Part shown: one piece after another, positions 63,501-64,000 of the stretch
How the letters are laid out: every line of letters starts with the position of its first letter
Position numbering within the stretch: position 1 is the stretch's first letter
Assembly (NCBI GenBank): GCA_040437565.1
Contig: JBDOQK010000030.1
Coordinates: 310,001-374,000 of the forward strand
Length of the DNA: 64,000 nt
Direction of reading: 5' to 3'
Source: Albugo candida
Taxonomy: Eukaryota
The notes under the pieces: model-generated
Told to the model about the DNA's origin: nothing
What the model saw: only the letters and a program-made list of their open reading frames with translations
Databases searched by the model: none
Program-made: the position numbers and the translations under genes

Positions 63501-64000
63501 ATATGCAGCGAATCTATGCCGTGCATACCGCCTCGAAACAAGTACCACATCTTATCACGATCTACTTCAATTCGCTTATGGCAAGCGATATACGGTCAAG
63601 GATCCAAACGATTTATTGGGCTGTATATACTGCAAAGGCTTGTAACGGATTGAAATATGCAGAAGACAGATGATAGAACACGTAATTTATTGTTTGTGGG
63701 CGACGTTTTACAGGGGATAGCATAAGAAATTGGGCAGATTTGAAGCTGAGCTGAGTTGAGTTGAATTTGTCGGTGAGGTGTGCAGGTAAATGTATGTAAC
63801 TATGAAATGTGGTAACTATGCTGAGCATACACGACTGCAATTTTACAAAAGTACATAGAATCCTGGATTTGGAGACATAGAAAAACCCCACGCTCAGGTG
63901 TTTTCGCTTGGAGGTCTAGGCGGCTGTACTTTATACGATCTTATAAAAGTACTTGGAATCAGTTGATACTTTGCGAATAGAATATATCAATGTGAAATGG
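60539..64000. repeat. ~1.65-1.7 kb direct duplication across a gap (offset 1808)
   Basis: 60539-62192 and 62347-64000 look identical and give identical ORF sets. This is probably an assembly overlap. Confidence 0.9.

Noticed and set aside
60539-64000. Tandem duplication or LTR pair
   Set aside because: The copies look identical, abut a gap and show no gag/pol or PBS. An unmerged contig overlap is the most likely explanation.

Overview
This is eukaryotic nuclear DNA, most consistent with a compact oomycete genome, probably Albugo. That is an inference from 45-60 nt GT-AG introns, intergenic spacers of tens of bp, and CCG-effector-like ORFs. It is a draft scaffold with 14 blocks of 100 N, many flanked by duplicated sequence (assembly overlaps or uncollapsed haplotypes). 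Two very gene-dense blocks (1-12 kb and 31.5-59 kb) carry housekeeping genes: PRCP, a double RhoGEF-PH-FYVE protein, EIPR1/TSSC1, TPR-DNAJC8, a Regnase-type NYN-KH RNase, CIR1, two DJ-1/PfpI paralogues, a CAMK kinase, TRM7/FTSJ1, ADAT2, SIZ1, Aurora kinase, TSR2, METTL13 and a calcineurin-like phosphatase with EF-hands. A gene-sparse block (12-31.5 kb) lies between them. It holds a near full-length but multiply disabled Ku80 pseudogene and an inverted pair of CCG-effector-like genes. The main observations are: (1) the Ku80 fossil, suggesting possible loss of classical NHEJ; (2) a head-to-head pair of DJ-1 proteins that both lack the catalytic Cys; (3) overlapping convergent CDSs of two tRNA anticodon-loop enzymes; (4) a putatively secreted, catalytically dead pepsin-fold protein; (5) a calcineurin-A/EF-hand fusion; (6) an NYN-KH RNase. 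Exon boundaries were read by eye and all family assignments come from motif recognition; no searches were run.
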